Origin: Spirochaetia bacterium
GTDB taxonomy: Bacteria; Spirochaetota; Spirochaetia; SZUA-6; Bin103
DNA: 64,000 bases
Assembly (NCBI GenBank): GCA_965203515.1
Contig: OZ241907.1
Span: 2,656,001-2,720,000, forward strand
Direction: 5' to 3'
The notes beneath the pieces were generated by a model. It was not told where the DNA came from. It saw nothing but the letters and a program-made list of their open reading frames with translations, and did no database searches. Below are positions 20,539-30,607 of the stretch, piece after piece; the first letter of the stretch is position 1; the number at the start of each line of letters is the position of its first letter. A program made the translations under genes and the position numbers.

Positions 20539-21252
20539 GTGTCTCCGCTGCCGCGCGCCATGCTGATCGACCTGGACGACACCCTGCTCGCCTCCAGCGC
20601 GGCGGCCCGGCAAGCGATGGCGGCCGTCGCCGATCGGCTTGCCGCCGATACCGGATTGCCGTCGGCACCCGTGCGCGAGGCGTTGCGGATGGCCGAAACG
20701 TGGTTCTGGTCGGACGAGCGGCGCCGAGCGCACGCGCGCATGGACCAGGCCGGGGCGCGGGCGCGGATCGTCGAGCGCGCGCTGGCCGCGTTGCGGGTGA
20801 CCGCGGCGGTCGACGCGGCGGCGCTGGGGCGGCGGTTCGTAGCCGAACGGTTGCGCGTCCTGGAACCGATAGCGGGCGCGCTGGAGGCGGTCGCCGAGCT
20901 GCGGCGCCGCAACGTCCGGCTGGCGCTGGTCACCAACGGCAGCGCCGCCGCACAGCGCGCCAAGATCGGCCGCCACGCCGTGGACCGCCGGTTCGATGCG
21001 GTGCTGGTGGAAGGCGAGGTCGGCTTCGGCAAGCCCGACCCGCGTATCTTCCGGCTCGCCCTGGAGCGGTTGGGAACGGACGCCGCCGAGGCGTGGATGG
21101 TCGGCGACGACCTTGCCTGGGACATCGCCGGCGCGCAGGCGGCCGGTATCCACGCGGTCTGGGCGCGCGGCCACGCCGCCTCGGGCGCCGCCGGCGACGG
21201 GACGGTGCGGCCCGACCGGACGGTCGACACGATCGCCGAGCTTTTGGCCTGA
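20539..21252 (+). CDS. HAD family hydrolase
   Basis: DLDDTL, VTNG, KPDP, MVGDD...DIAGA. Confidence 0.9.
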   Translation: MSPLPRAMLIDLDDTLLASSAAARQAMAAVADRLAADTGLPSAPVREALRMAETWFWSDERRRAHARMDQAGARARIVERALAALRVTAAVDAAALGRRFVAERLRVLEPIAGALEAVAELRRRNVRLALVTNGSAAAQRAKIGRHAVDRRFDAVLVEGEVGFGKPDPRIFRLALERLGTDAAEAWMVGDDLAWDIAGAQAAGIHAVWARGHAASGAAGDGTVRPDRTVDTIAELLA

Positions 21253-21322
21253 TCGGCGCCGCCTGAGTAGAAGAAAGGGTAGCCGCCGGCGAGGCGTCTT
21301 CGTTATCTTCCCGGCGGGTCCG

Positions 21323-22309
21323 ATGGTCGAGGTCACGGCACTGGGCAAGTCGTACGGTTCGGTGCGCGCGCTTGACGGCGTGCGCTTCTCGATCGCCGCC
21401 GGGGAGATCGTGGGCCTGCTGGGACCCAACGGCGCCGGCAAGACGACGGTACTCAAGATCCTCACCGGCTACCTGCAGCCGGATCACGGCACGGTCACGG
21501 TCGACGGCCTGGACGTGCTCACCGATGCCCTGGCGGTCCAGCAGCGCATCGGCTACTTGCCGGAGAACGCGCCGCTCTACCCGGAACTGACCGTGCAGTC
21601 GTACCTGCGCCACGTCGCCGAGCTGCGCCGCCTGTCCGCGGAGGAGGGACGCGCGCGGATCGCAGAGGCCCTTGCGAAGACCGGGTTGCTCGACCAGATG
21701 ACGCGGCCGATCGGGGAGCTGAGCAAGGGCTACCGCCAGCGCGTCGGGCTGGCGCAGGCGATCCTCCACCAGCCCAGGCTGCTGATCCTGGACGAGCCGA
21801 GCGTCGGGCTCGACCCGACGCAGATCGTGCAGATGCGCCGGCTGATCCGCGAGCTGGCCCGGCGGAGCACGGTGCTGTTCTCCACCCACATCCTGTCGGA
21901 GGTGGAAGCGCTGTGCGACCGCGCGGTGATCATCATGCAGGGCCGCATCCGCGCCGACGCGGACCTGGAGACGCTCGCCGCCGGCACCGCGGTGCTGCTC
22001 ACCCTGGCCCATGAGATGCCGGCCGTGCGCGAGCGGCTGCTGGCCATCCCGGGGGTCCAGGCGGCGGAGCGGGAGCGCGACGAGCGCGGCGTCCGGTACC
22101 GGATCACGGCCGGGGCGCCGGTCGACGCGCTCAGCCGCGCCGTGTTCGACGCGGCGGCCGCCGGCCGCTGGCCGGTGAGCGAGCTGCGCCACGAGCGGCG
22201 CACGCTGGAGATGGTGTTCGACGCGCTGGCCTCCGGCGCCGGCAACGGTTCCGCCGACAGCGATAGCGATGCTGCCGGCACGGGCGCCGACGACGAGGGG
22301 ACCGCATGA
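21323..22309 (+). CDS. ABC transporter ATP-binding protein (GldA-like)
   Basis: GPNGAGKTT, LSKGYRQR, LDEP, STH; start taken at ATG 21323. Confidence 0.92.
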   Translation: MVEVTALGKSYGSVRALDGVRFSIAAGEIVGLLGPNGAGKTTVLKILTGYLQPDHGTVTVDGLDVLTDALAVQQRIGYLPENAPLYPELTVQSYLRHVAELRRLSAEEGRARIAEALAKTGLLDQMTRPIGELSKGYRQRVGLAQAILHQPRLLILDEPSVGLDPTQIVQMRRLIRELARRSTVLFSTHILSEVEALCDRAVIIMQGRIRADADLETLAAGTAVLLTLAHEMPAVRERLLAIPGVQAAERERDERGVRYRITAGAPVDALSRAVFDAAAAGRWPVSELRHERRTLEMVFDALASGAGNGSADSDSDAAGTGADDEGTA

Positions 22310-25209
22310 CGCCGGCGCTGTCGGTCACGCGCAAGGAGGTGGTGAGCTACTTCAGCTCGCCGCTCGCCTTCATCGCCGTGGGCGCGTTCCTGGCGGCGGT
22401 CCTGTTCACCTTCTTCTGGGTGGAGGCGTTCTTCGCCCGCGGCGTCGCCGACCTGCGGCCCCTGTTTGCGTGGCTGCCGCTGCTGGTGATGCTGCTGGTG
22501 GCGGCGCTCGGCATGCGCCAATGGAGCGAGGAGCAGCGCTCCGGGACGCTGGAGATTCTGCTCACCCTGCCGGTGCGGCCGTTCTCGCTGGTGCTCGGCA
22601 AGTTCCTGGCGATCCAGGTGCTGGTGGCCACGGCGCTGCTGCTGACGCTGCCGCTGCCGCTGACGGTCGCGATGCTCGGCGACCTCGATCCCGGACCGGT
22701 GATCGGCGGCTACCTGGCGTCGCTGCTGATGGCCGGCGCCTACGCCGCGCTCGCCCTGTTCCTGTCGTCGCGGACCTCGAACCAGATCGTGGCGTTCATC
22801 TCGACCGCGGTGGTCGGCGGCGCGCTCTACCTGGTGGGCACGCCGGGCGTCACGGACTTCGCCGGCGGCGCCGGCGATCTGCTGCGGCAGATCGGCACCG
22901 GCAGCCGCTTCGCCTCGATCGAGCGCGGGGTCCTGGACCTCCGCGATCTGGTCTACTACCTGTCGCTCACCGCCGGCTTCCTGGTCGCCTGCGTGCTGGC
23001 GCTCGACGCCAAGCGCTGGAGCCGCGGCGCGGTGACCGCGCGCTACCGGCGGCGCGCGCTGGCCGCCGCCGCGCTGACCGCCGCCAACCTGATCGTGCTC
23101 AACGTGTGGCTGGGGCCGTTCGCGCGCCTGCGCGTCGACCTCACCGCCGACCGCGCCTACTCGCTGTCGCCGGCGACCGTCTCGCTGCTGCAGGACCTCG
23201 CCGAGCCGCTGCTGATCCGCGCCTACCTGAGCGAGCGCACCCATCCGCTGCTGGCGCCGCTGGCGCCGCAGATCGGCGGCCTGCTGGAGGAGTACCGCAT
23301 CGCCGGCCGCGGCGCCGTCACCGCCCAGGTGATCGACCCCGGCACCGACCCGCAAGCCGAGGAAGAGGCCGCGCAACGCTACAGCATCCGCCCCACGCCC
23401 TTCCAGGTCGAGGACCGCTTCGAGCAGGGCATCGTCAACTCCTACTTCGACGTGCTGGTCAGCTACGGCGATCAATACGAGGTGCTGGGGTTCCAGGACC
23501 TGATACGGATCGACCGCGGCCGCGGCGCCACCATCGAGGTGCGCCTGCGCAACTTCGAGTACGATCTGACGCGCGCCATCAAGAAGGCGTCGTCGGGGTT
23601 CCGCAGCATCGATTCGCTGTTCGCGGCGCTGCGCGGTGCGGCGGGGAGCGGTCCCGCGGAGCTGGCGCTGTACGTGACGCCGGCCACGCTGCCGGCCGAC
23701 CTGAACGAGCCGCGCGCCACGGTGGTGGAGGCCGCCCGCGCGCTGGCCGAGCGGTCGGGCGGCGCGCTGGCGTTCCGGGAGGTCGACCCCGGCCCCGGAG
23801 GAGCTGCGGGCCGGCAGGAGCTGGCCGACCGCTACGGCCTGCAGCCGATCTCCGCGTCGCTGTTCTCGACGGAGACCTACTACTTCGACCTGATCCTCAC
23901 GTCCGGCGATCAGGCGTTCATCGTGCGGCCCAAGGACGAGTACAGCGCGGCTTCGGTCACCGCGGCGGTGGAGGCGGCGCTGAAGCGGATCGCCCCCGGC
24001 TTTCTGCGCACCGTCGGCGTCAGCCTGCCCCCCGCCGTCCCCACCCAGGACCCGTTCGGCAGGCCGCAGCAGCCGTTCGCCTCGTGGGAGCTTCTGCAGC
24101 AGCAGCTCGCCGGCGACTATGCGGTGCAGGACGTCGACCTGAACGATGGTGAAGTACCGCCGCAGGTCGACGCGCTGGTGGTCGTGGCGCCGCAGGCGCT
24201 GAGCGACCGGGAGCGCTTCGCGGTCGATCAGTATCTGATGCGGGGCGGCGCGCTGCTGGTGGCGGCCGGCAGCCACCGCGCCGACGCCGACCCGTTCACG
24301 GGCGGTCTCACCTTGAGCCGGGCCGGACAGGGGATGGCGGCGCTCCTGGAATCCTACGGCGTGGGCGTGGCGTCGAGCGTCGTCATGGACCCGCAGAACG
24401 AGTCGTTTCCCACGACGGTGCAGAGCGGCTCGATCCTGCAGATTCGCGCCGTCGATTATCCGTACTTCGTCGACGTGCGCCGCGACGGCATGTCACGGAC
24501 CCATCCGATCACCTCGTCCCTGGAGGCGGTCACCCTCAACTGGGCGTCGCCGCTGACCGTGGACGGAGCGTTGGCGGCCGGCCGACAGGTCGACGTACTG
24601 CTGCGCTCGACGGTCGAGGCGTGGACCGTCGAGCAGCCGAGCGCGCAGCCGGACTTCGACAGCTTTCCGAACACCGGCTTCGCGGCCGGCGACGACCGCC
24701 AGGAATGGCCGCTGGCGGTGACCGTCACCGGGCGGTTCGACAGCGCCTTCGCGGCGTCCGGGCCGCCCGGCGAGGACGCGGCCGACCGGCGCTCCATGAT
24801 CGACGCCTCGCCGGACGATACCCGACTGGTGGTGTTCGGCAGCGGCGAGTTCCTCAACGACACGATCATGAGCCTTTCGGCCAGCCTGCACGGAGAGCGC
24901 TACCGCAACAGCCTGCAGGCGCTGCAGAACGCCGTGGACTGGGCGGTGGAGGACCTGGACCTGCTGGGCATCCGTTCGGAGGGCGCCGTGACCCGGCTGC
25001 TCCTGCCGATCGACGACGCGGCCGAACGCGCCTGGGAGGTGGTCAACTACGTCGTGGTGGCGCTGCTGCTGGCGGGGGTGGGCATCGTGTGGTGGATGCG
25101 CCGGCGCGGCGAGCGTCCGATGTACGGCCCGACTGCCGGCGACGACGCGCCGCCGGAAGATCGGCAACCGGCCGACCGGCAGCCGGCCGGCCGGGAGGCG
25201 GCGCCTTGA
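22306..25209 (+). CDS. fused ABC-2 permease + GldG-type substrate-binding protein (GldF/GldG-like)
   Basis: WSEEQRSGTLEILLTLP, GKFLA, RVDLTADRAYSLS, EYDLTRAI, DQYLMRGG. Confidence 0.85.
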   Translation: MTPALSVTRKEVVSYFSSPLAFIAVGAFLAAVLFTFFWVEAFFARGVADLRPLFAWLPLLVMLLVAALGMRQWSEEQRSGTLEILLTLPVRPFSLVLGKFLAIQVLVATALLLTLPLPLTVAMLGDLDPGPVIGGYLASLLMAGAYAALALFLSSRTSNQIVAFISTAVVGGALYLVGTPGVTDFAGGAGDLLRQIGTGSRFASIERGVLDLRDLVYYLSLTAGFLVACVLALDAKRWSRGAVTARYRRRALAAAALTAANLIVLNVWLGPFARLRVDLTADRAYSLSPATVSLLQDLAEPLLIRAYLSERTHPLLAPLAPQIGGLLEEYRIAGRGAVTAQVIDPGTDPQAEEEAAQRYSIRPTPFQVEDRFEQGIVNSYFDVLVSYGDQYEVLGFQDLIRIDRGRGATIEVRLRNFEYDLTRAIKKASSGFRSIDSLFAALRGAAGSGPAELALYVTPATLPADLNEPRATVVEAARALAERSGGALAFREVDPGPGGAAGRQELADRYGLQPISASLFSTETYYFDLILTSGDQAFIVRPKDEYSAASVTAAVEAALKRIAPGFLRTVGVSLPPAVPTQDPFGRPQQPFASWELLQQQLAGDYAVQDVDLNDGEVPPQVDALVVVAPQALSDRERFAVDQYLMRGGALLVAAGSHRADADPFTGGLTLSRAGQGMAALLESYGVGVASSVVMDPQNESFPTTVQSGSILQIRAVDYPYFVDVRRDGMSRTHPITSSLEAVTLNWASPLTVDGALAAGRQVDVLLRSTVEAWTVEQPSAQPDFDSFPNTGFAAGDDRQEWPLAVTVTGRFDSAFAASGPPGEDAADRRSMIDASPDDTRLVVFGSGEFLNDTIMSLSASLHGERYRNSLQALQNAVDWAVEDLDLLGIRSEGAVTRLLLPIDDAAERAWEVVNYVVVALLLAGVGIVWWMRRRGERPMYGPTAGDDAPPEDRQPADRQPAGREAAP

Positions 25210-26195
25210 GCGCGTCCCTGCTTCGTGAACGCGGCGTGACCGTGCTGGCGGCGGTGCTGGTCGCGCAGATCGCGGTGCTGGCCGTCACGCGACTGCCCGG
25301 CCGGGAGGCGGCGCCGGAGCCGCTGCTTGCCGGCCTCACCGCCGGAGCGGCGGAGCGTATCGAGATCGACGACGGCGCGGGCGGAAGCGTCGTCATGGCC
25401 CGTCAGGAGACCGACTGGGTGCTGAGCGACGCCGGCGGCTATCCCGCCGACGGCGCGCGCGTAGCCGACCTGCTCGACCGGCTCGTCGCCGCCCGGCGGG
25501 ACCGACTGGTGGCGCGCACCGACGCCGGCCGGCGCGAGCTGCGCGTGCTGCCGGACGATTTCGAGCGCCGCCTGCGGATCGCTGCCGGGACCGGCGCGTA
25601 CCTGTTCTACGTCGGCGCCGCGGCCGGCACGCGCGGCGCGCACGTGCGGGTCGACGGCGAGGACGAGGTCTGGAGCGTGGATGGGTTGGCGCCGTGGCAG
25701 GTATCGGCCGACCGGTCGTCCTGGGTCGATCCGGTCTACGTGCGCGTCGAGTCCGATCGGGTCGCCGCCTTCGAGCTGGAGAACGCGGCCGGCTCGTTTC
25801 GCTTCGAGCGGTCGGACGAGGGGTGGACTTCGCCCGCGCTGGGCGACGGCGAGGTCGTGGACCAGGAGCGCGTGACCGCCTTCGTGGACCGCTTCAGCTC
25901 GCTGCGGATGCGGCAGCCGCTCGGCGCCGAGCCGCCCGATGGCGCCGGGCTCGACCGGCCGGCGGCGGTCGTGAGGATCGATCCGAGGCCGGATGAGGAC
26001 GGCGCCGCCGGCGGCCTGGAGCTCGTCATCGGCGCGGGCGGGGACGACGGCGCCTACGTCGTGAAGAGCACCGATTCGGAGTACTATGTAGAGGTGTCGA
26101 GCTTCACCCTCGCCGATCTGGTCGACGCCGACCGCTCGGCGTTCGTGATGGCCGGCGATGCGGGCGGCTCGCCTGCCGGCGATGCAGCTCGATGA
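25206..26195 (+). CDS. DUF4340 domain protein
   Basis: TTG start overlapping the upstream stop; N-terminal TM; GLDRP motif; usual third member of Gld-like ABC operons. Confidence 0.7.
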   Translation: MSASLLRERGVTVLAAVLVAQIAVLAVTRLPGREAAPEPLLAGLTAGAAERIEIDDGAGGSVVMARQETDWVLSDAGGYPADGARVADLLDRLVAARRDRLVARTDAGRRELRVLPDDFERRLRIAAGTGAYLFYVGAAAGTRGAHVRVDGEDEVWSVDGLAPWQVSADRSSWVDPVYVRVESDRVAAFELENAAGSFRFERSDEGWTSPALGDGEVVDQERVTAFVDRFSSLRMRQPLGAEPPDGAGLDRPAAVVRIDPRPDEDGAAGGLELVIGAGGDDGAYVVKSTDSEYYVEVSSFTLADLVDADRSAFVMAGDAGGSPAGDAAR

Positions 26196-26290
26196 GCGGC
26201 CGGCCCGCGCACGTCGGCCGCGCACGTTCGGGAAACGCATGTTCGGCGGAACGCACGGTTTCGTAACGCACTTTCGGAGGTAAGGATCGA

Positions 26291-27703
26291 ATGAAGATGC
26301 TTGTAGGCGGCGCCTGGGTCGATGCCGCCGAGACCATTGACGTACTCAACCCGTTCGACGGATCGGTCGTGGACACGGTGCCGCGGGCGACCCTGGACGA
26401 CGTGCAGACCGCGCTGGCGACCGCGCAGCGGGCTGCCAGGCAGGTAGCCGCCATGACCGGCTACGAGCGCTACGAGATCCTGCACCGCGCGTCGGAACTG
26501 ATGGCCGAGCGGGCCGGGGAACTGTCCAGGATCATCACCCTGGAGGAAGGCAAGCCGGTCAGCGAGGCGGACCTGGAAGTGACGCGCGCCACCGAGATCA
26601 TCGCCCTGTCGGCTGAGGAGGCCAAGCGCCTGGGCGGCGAGGTGCTGCCGCTGGACGGGGCGCCCGGCGTGCGCGACAAGGTCGGCTTCACGCTGCGCGT
26701 GCCGTGCGGGGTCGTCGTCGGCGTCAGCCCGTTCAACTTCCCGCTGCACCTGGTCTGCCACAAGGTCGGCCCCGCCTTCGCGGCCGGCAACGCCATCATC
26801 CTCAAGCCGGCGACCGACACCCCGCTGTCGGGCCTGAAGGTCGTGGAGCTGCTGCTGGACGCCGGCGCCCCGCCGGAGGCGGTGCAGTGCCTGACCGGTC
26901 AGGGCGGCCGGATCGGCGACGCGCTGTGCGCCGACCCGCGCGTGCGCAAGATCACCTTCACCGGCAGCCGCGACGTGGGCGAGCACATCTGCAAGGTGGC
27001 CGGCTTGAAGAAGGTGACCATGGAGCTCGGCTCCAACGCGCCGTTCGTGGTGATGCCGGACGCCGATCCGGAAAAGGTCGCCAAGGCGGCGGCCATGTCG
27101 GGCTATTCCAACGCCGGACAGGTCTGCATCTCCACGCAACGCGTGCTGGCGCACAAGGACGTGTACGGCAGCTTCGTCGACGCCTTCAAGGCGGAGGTGG
27201 AAGCGATCAACACCGGCGATCCGCTGCAGGCCGACAGCAAGATGGGGCCGATGATCCGCCAGTCCGACGCCGAACGCGTGGAGGGCTGGGTGACGGAGGC
27301 GGTCACCGGCGGCGCCACGCTGGTCACCGGCGGCGGCCGCGACGGACAGATCATGCAGCCGACCGTGGTGGAGGGCGTCAGCCCCGAGATGCGCATCTCC
27401 TGCGACGAGGTGTTCGGCCCGGTGGTGGGGATCACCAAGGTCGACGACATCGACCAGGCGATCGCGCTGGCCAACGACACCAACTACGGCCTGAGCGCCG
27501 CCATCTTCACGGAGAACGTCAACTGGGCCATGCAATACGTGCGGCAGGTCGAATCCGGCAACATCCACGTCAACTGGGGCACCCAGTGGCGGGCCGACCT
27601 GATGCCGTACGGCGGGCTCAAGGACTCCGGCATGGGCAAGGAAGGGCCGAAGTACGCGGTCGAGGAGATGACCGAGCTGAAGATGTGCGTCTTCCACCTG
27701 TAG
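26291..27703 (+). CDS. aldehyde dehydrogenase
   Basis: PFNFP, FTGS, MELGSN, GQVCIS, EVFGP, YGGLKDSG. Confidence 0.95.
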   Translation: MKMLVGGAWVDAAETIDVLNPFDGSVVDTVPRATLDDVQTALATAQRAARQVAAMTGYERYEILHRASELMAERAGELSRIITLEEGKPVSEADLEVTRATEIIALSAEEAKRLGGEVLPLDGAPGVRDKVGFTLRVPCGVVVGVSPFNFPLHLVCHKVGPAFAAGNAIILKPATDTPLSGLKVVELLLDAGAPPEAVQCLTGQGGRIGDALCADPRVRKITFTGSRDVGEHICKVAGLKKVTMELGSNAPFVVMPDADPEKVAKAAAMSGYSNAGQVCISTQRVLAHKDVYGSFVDAFKAEVEAINTGDPLQADSKMGPMIRQSDAERVEGWVTEAVTGGATLVTGGGRDGQIMQPTVVEGVSPEMRISCDEVFGPVVGITKVDDIDQAIALANDTNYGLSAAIFTENVNWAMQYVRQVESGNIHVNWGTQWRADLMPYGGLKDSGMGKEGPKYAVEEMTELKMCVFHL

Positions 27704-30245
27704 GCGCGTGATGGCGGTACGCATGTACACGACGCCGAGCTGCGGCTACTGCACGCAGTTGAAGCGCTACCTGCGCGAGCGGCAGGTGAAGTTCGTGGAG
27801 TACGACGTCAGCCGCGACGAACGCAAGGCGGCCGAAATGGCGCACCGTTCCGGCCAGCACGGCGTGCCGGTGCTCGACTACCACGGCACCGTCGTGGTCG
27901 GCTTCGACCGCGACCGCATCGACCGCCTGATCGCCCGCGGTTGACCCGCCGGGAACTCGGAGTCTGTCGGATCGGCCGCTGGCGCCGATCCGACAGACTG
28001 ATGGATGCTCCTCAGCCGATCCTCTCCACGAGAGATTCATAGAACTCCCGATCCCCGGGTCTTGTGCTTCGGTCAGTATGGCTTTCGATCGTTTGACGTG
28101 AATGAGCTCTGTTCCGCTGCCCGACACTGGCTTCCGTTCGCGTCGCACCAAGTCATGCTCCTCCAGGAGCTCGAGCAGGTCGCTCCACCATGGATCGGCG
28201 ACGTAGGTCTGGAAATGAGTCTGTTTGTCCAGGGGGAGCCAATACGGTTTGGCGCGGCACACGCGACCTAGCAGCCTCAGAAGAGGATGGTCTCGCAAGC
28301 TTGGTGGCACCAGACCGGTATCATCATGGTCGCCGTGTTCGCTCCTCCCGTGTTTGCCGAGCCAGTTTTCGATTTGGACGGGGTCGGTGATCACCTCGGT
28401 CGATTGCGCGCTGGGTCCCGCGCGTTGGAGCCGCGCGGGAATGGGAAGCGAGACCGGTACGCGCGTAGCTTCATCGACGACGAGCGTGACGATCCTGGTC
28501 GCCTCGAACGTCAGAGCCTGAAGATCGGCGCCCCTGACATCCAACTGATTCACGGTCCCGTGATGAAATATGGCGGTCGGCACGGTCCCCCGTATCAACG
28601 CTTCGTCGATGTCGAGATTACGGAGCTCGAGATCGGGCCCTCCTTCCATCGCCGGGAGCATCGTGACCAGACAGGCGCCGAGATTGCGCACGCCTTGATC
28701 GATCCATGCATAGGTCTCCACCTCACGGGAGGCCGATCTGAAGAATTCGCCGATTCGTTCCGAGTCCGTTCCGGCCATCGCCGCAACCAGGTCGCTGAAC
28801 GCAGACAGGAAGTCAGCTCCCATGATATTCCGCCTGACGTACTTCGGAATCTCTCCCTTCACGATCGCGTCGATCGTCTCCAGCCCCAGAAAGTGATGGT
28901 AGATCTGGGAGTGGGCGAATCGCCGATAGTTTGGCGCGTCGTCCTGCTCCATGAACGCCGTGAACGCGACTCGGTTCTTCAGCAATCTGACGACTTCCGG
29001 AGACATGCCTGCGGGCACCACCGCATCGACCGCTGCCTCGACCACCCACGTCAGCATCTGCTCATCGATCGCTTCCGTCCGGTCGTCCGCCATCGTCCGC
29101 GCGGCCTCGCGAAGAAGACTCCGCAGATAGTCTCGGCGCTCGTCTTCGTTCAGGACCTCGGCGACCGGGCCGCCGAACTTGCCCGCTTCGCGATCGATCA
29201 TCGAATCGATGAGGAAGCCGAGCAGACTCCCGGCTGCCTTTTGCCTGATGTTCGAAGCCATTTCGGGATCGGAGAGCTGAGATAGAAAGAAGGGACGCAA
29301 CGCATAGGAGTCCGGCTCGAAGAGCGCTTCGGCGGATCGCAGATCGTCGTCCGACCAGTTGTTCTTTTTCAGCCAGCTCTTGGCGATAGCTGGCTCGGGA
29401 GCCTGCAAGGTCATCACGTCGACGATGTCGCGTTCAGTCAGTGAAGTGATGCGCGCTTGGATGCGTTCGAGGCCGATGAACGTCTCCCGTCCCGCGAGGA
29501 TGAGGGTGCCCCAGCCGCGAACCTGACCGACGAGCTCGTTGATCTGACCCCATGCCAAGTCGTATCCGTCAGGATCCGCCAACTCATCGAAACCATCGAT
29601 GGCCAGGGTCACCAATCCATGCCGGACGAGCACCGGAAGTTGATCGAACGTGAGCGCCAAGCGCAGTTTCTGCAGGCTGAACGCGATCATGTCCTGCAGG
29701 TGGGTGAGTATGCGGCCGCGACTCTGTACGTGGAGCACGAGCGGCCGCCGACGGGTCCGGAATGTTTCGGCGCGAGAGAGCGCAAGCGACGAGATGAACG
29801 TGGTCTTGCCGATGCCCGCCGGGCCGTCGATCAGCATGACGTGGACCGATTGACCGTCGTGACCGTGCGTCGTCAAGCGGTCGTCGAGCGTATCGATGTC
29901 AATCGGATCGTTGCCGTCCGGGAGTGATCCGGTAACGGGGATGGGATCGATACCTCTCCTCCGGGCTTGCCGCAGAGCGATCTTCTGGTGTTCCGCCCAT
30001 GCCCTCAGGTCGCCCCATCCTTCCGATGCCAGGAGCGCCCGATACGACGCGTGGGATCGCGATTTGCCGGTGTCCACGGAACGCTCGCTCACCTTTCCGG
30101 CGCCATCATCATGGAACCGAAGTTCCAGCTCTTCTCCTTGACGGATCATCCTGACCAGCTGATCGCCGCGAAACGTCGGCGGCTCGGTACCGAGGTCGGC
30201 GAACACGATCAAGTCCTCGAGGATCTGCGAGCTGTCGAGATTCAT
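27618..30245 (-). CDS. NACHT/STAND-type P-loop NTPase (native end probably ~28012, see findings)
   Basis: Walker A DGPAGIGKT, Walker B LAIDGFDE, ILAGR sensor, RPFFL, RRFAHS; lower GC than flanks. Confidence 0.75.
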   Translation of the reverse strand: MNLDSSQILEDLIVFADLGTEPPTFRGDQLVRMIRQGEELELRFHDDGAGKVSERSVDTGKSRSHASYRALLASEGWGDLRAWAEHQKIALRQARRRGIDPIPVTGSLPDGNDPIDIDTLDDRLTTHGHDGQSVHVMLIDGPAGIGKTTFISSLALSRAETFRTRRRPLVLHVQSRGRILTHLQDMIAFSLQKLRLALTFDQLPVLVRHGLVTLAIDGFDELADPDGYDLAWGQINELVGQVRGWGTLILAGRETFIGLERIQARITSLTERDIVDVMTLQAPEPAIAKSWLKKNNWSDDDLRSAEALFEPDSYALRPFFLSQLSDPEMASNIRQKAAGSLLGFLIDSMIDREAGKFGGPVAEVLNEDERRDYLRSLLREAARTMADDRTEAIDEQMLTWVVEAAVDAVVPAGMSPEVVRLLKNRVAFTAFMEQDDAPNYRRFAHSQIYHHFLGLETIDAIVKGEIPKYVRRNIMGADFLSAFSDLVAAMAGTDSERIGEFFRSASREVETYAWIDQGVRNLGACLVTMLPAMEGGPDLELRNLDIDEALIRGTVPTAIFHHGTVNQLDVRGADLQALTFEATRIVTLVVDEATRVPVSLPIPARLQRAGPSAQSTEVITDPVQIENWLGKHGRSEHGDHDDTGLVPPSLRDHPLLRLLGRVCRAKPYWLPLDKQTHFQTYVADPWWSDLLELLEEHDLVRRERKPVSGSGTELIHVKRSKAILTEAQDPGIGSSMNLSWRGSAEEHPSVCRIGASGRSDRLRVPGGSTAGDQAVDAVAVEADHDGAVVVEHRHAVLAGTVRHFGRLAFVAADVVLHELHLPLAQVALQLRAVAAARRRVHAYRHHAPTGGRRTSSARSSPRPRTSALPCPCRSP
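27708..27944 (+). CDS. glutaredoxin-like protein (YruB/NrdH-type)
   Basis: CGYC, GVPV, VGFD. Confidence 0.9.
   Translation: MMAVRMYTTPSCGYCTQLKRYLRERQVKFVEYDVSRDERKAAEMAHRSGQHGVPVLDYHGTVVVGFDRDRIDRLIARG
27961..27999. terminator. perfect 16-bp hairpin between convergent genes
   Basis: AGTCTGTCGGATCGGC-7 nt-GCCGATCCGACAGACT. Confidence 0.6.
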
Positions 30246-30607
30246 CGGTTCGCCTCCATCATCAGTCCGTCCAATTTCAGGTAGGGTCCCTTCTTACGGG
30301 ACCGTACGATATACACGCGGCCGCCATGCGGTTTGGTCCACGCTTCGGCGGCCAAGACGGGCGGTACGAAGTCGTCGTCTTCGGAGAGGATCAGCGCCCA
30401 CTCACCCGGATCGCTGCGCGCCCAGCTCAGAAGGTCGGCGGCCAGCGCCGTATCGACCGTCTTCTCGTTCTCCGCATGCCGGGTCTGTTCGCGCAATGTG
30501 TTCGGCAGGTGGATCGGGGGTCGCGCATGTCGACGTTCCGGCAGCGCGGACAGCAGGGTGTGCCCGGTAATGACGCCGTGCTCCGGTTCGGACCGAGTCT
30601 CATCCGG
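30242..30607 (-). pseudogene. 5'-truncated NYN (PIN-like RNase) domain gene coupled to the NACHT gene
   Basis: EKTVDTALAADL and LSEDDDFVP motifs; frame open back to the stop at 30608 with no N-terminal catalytic Asp segment; ATGA overlap with the NACHT start. Confidence 0.65.
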
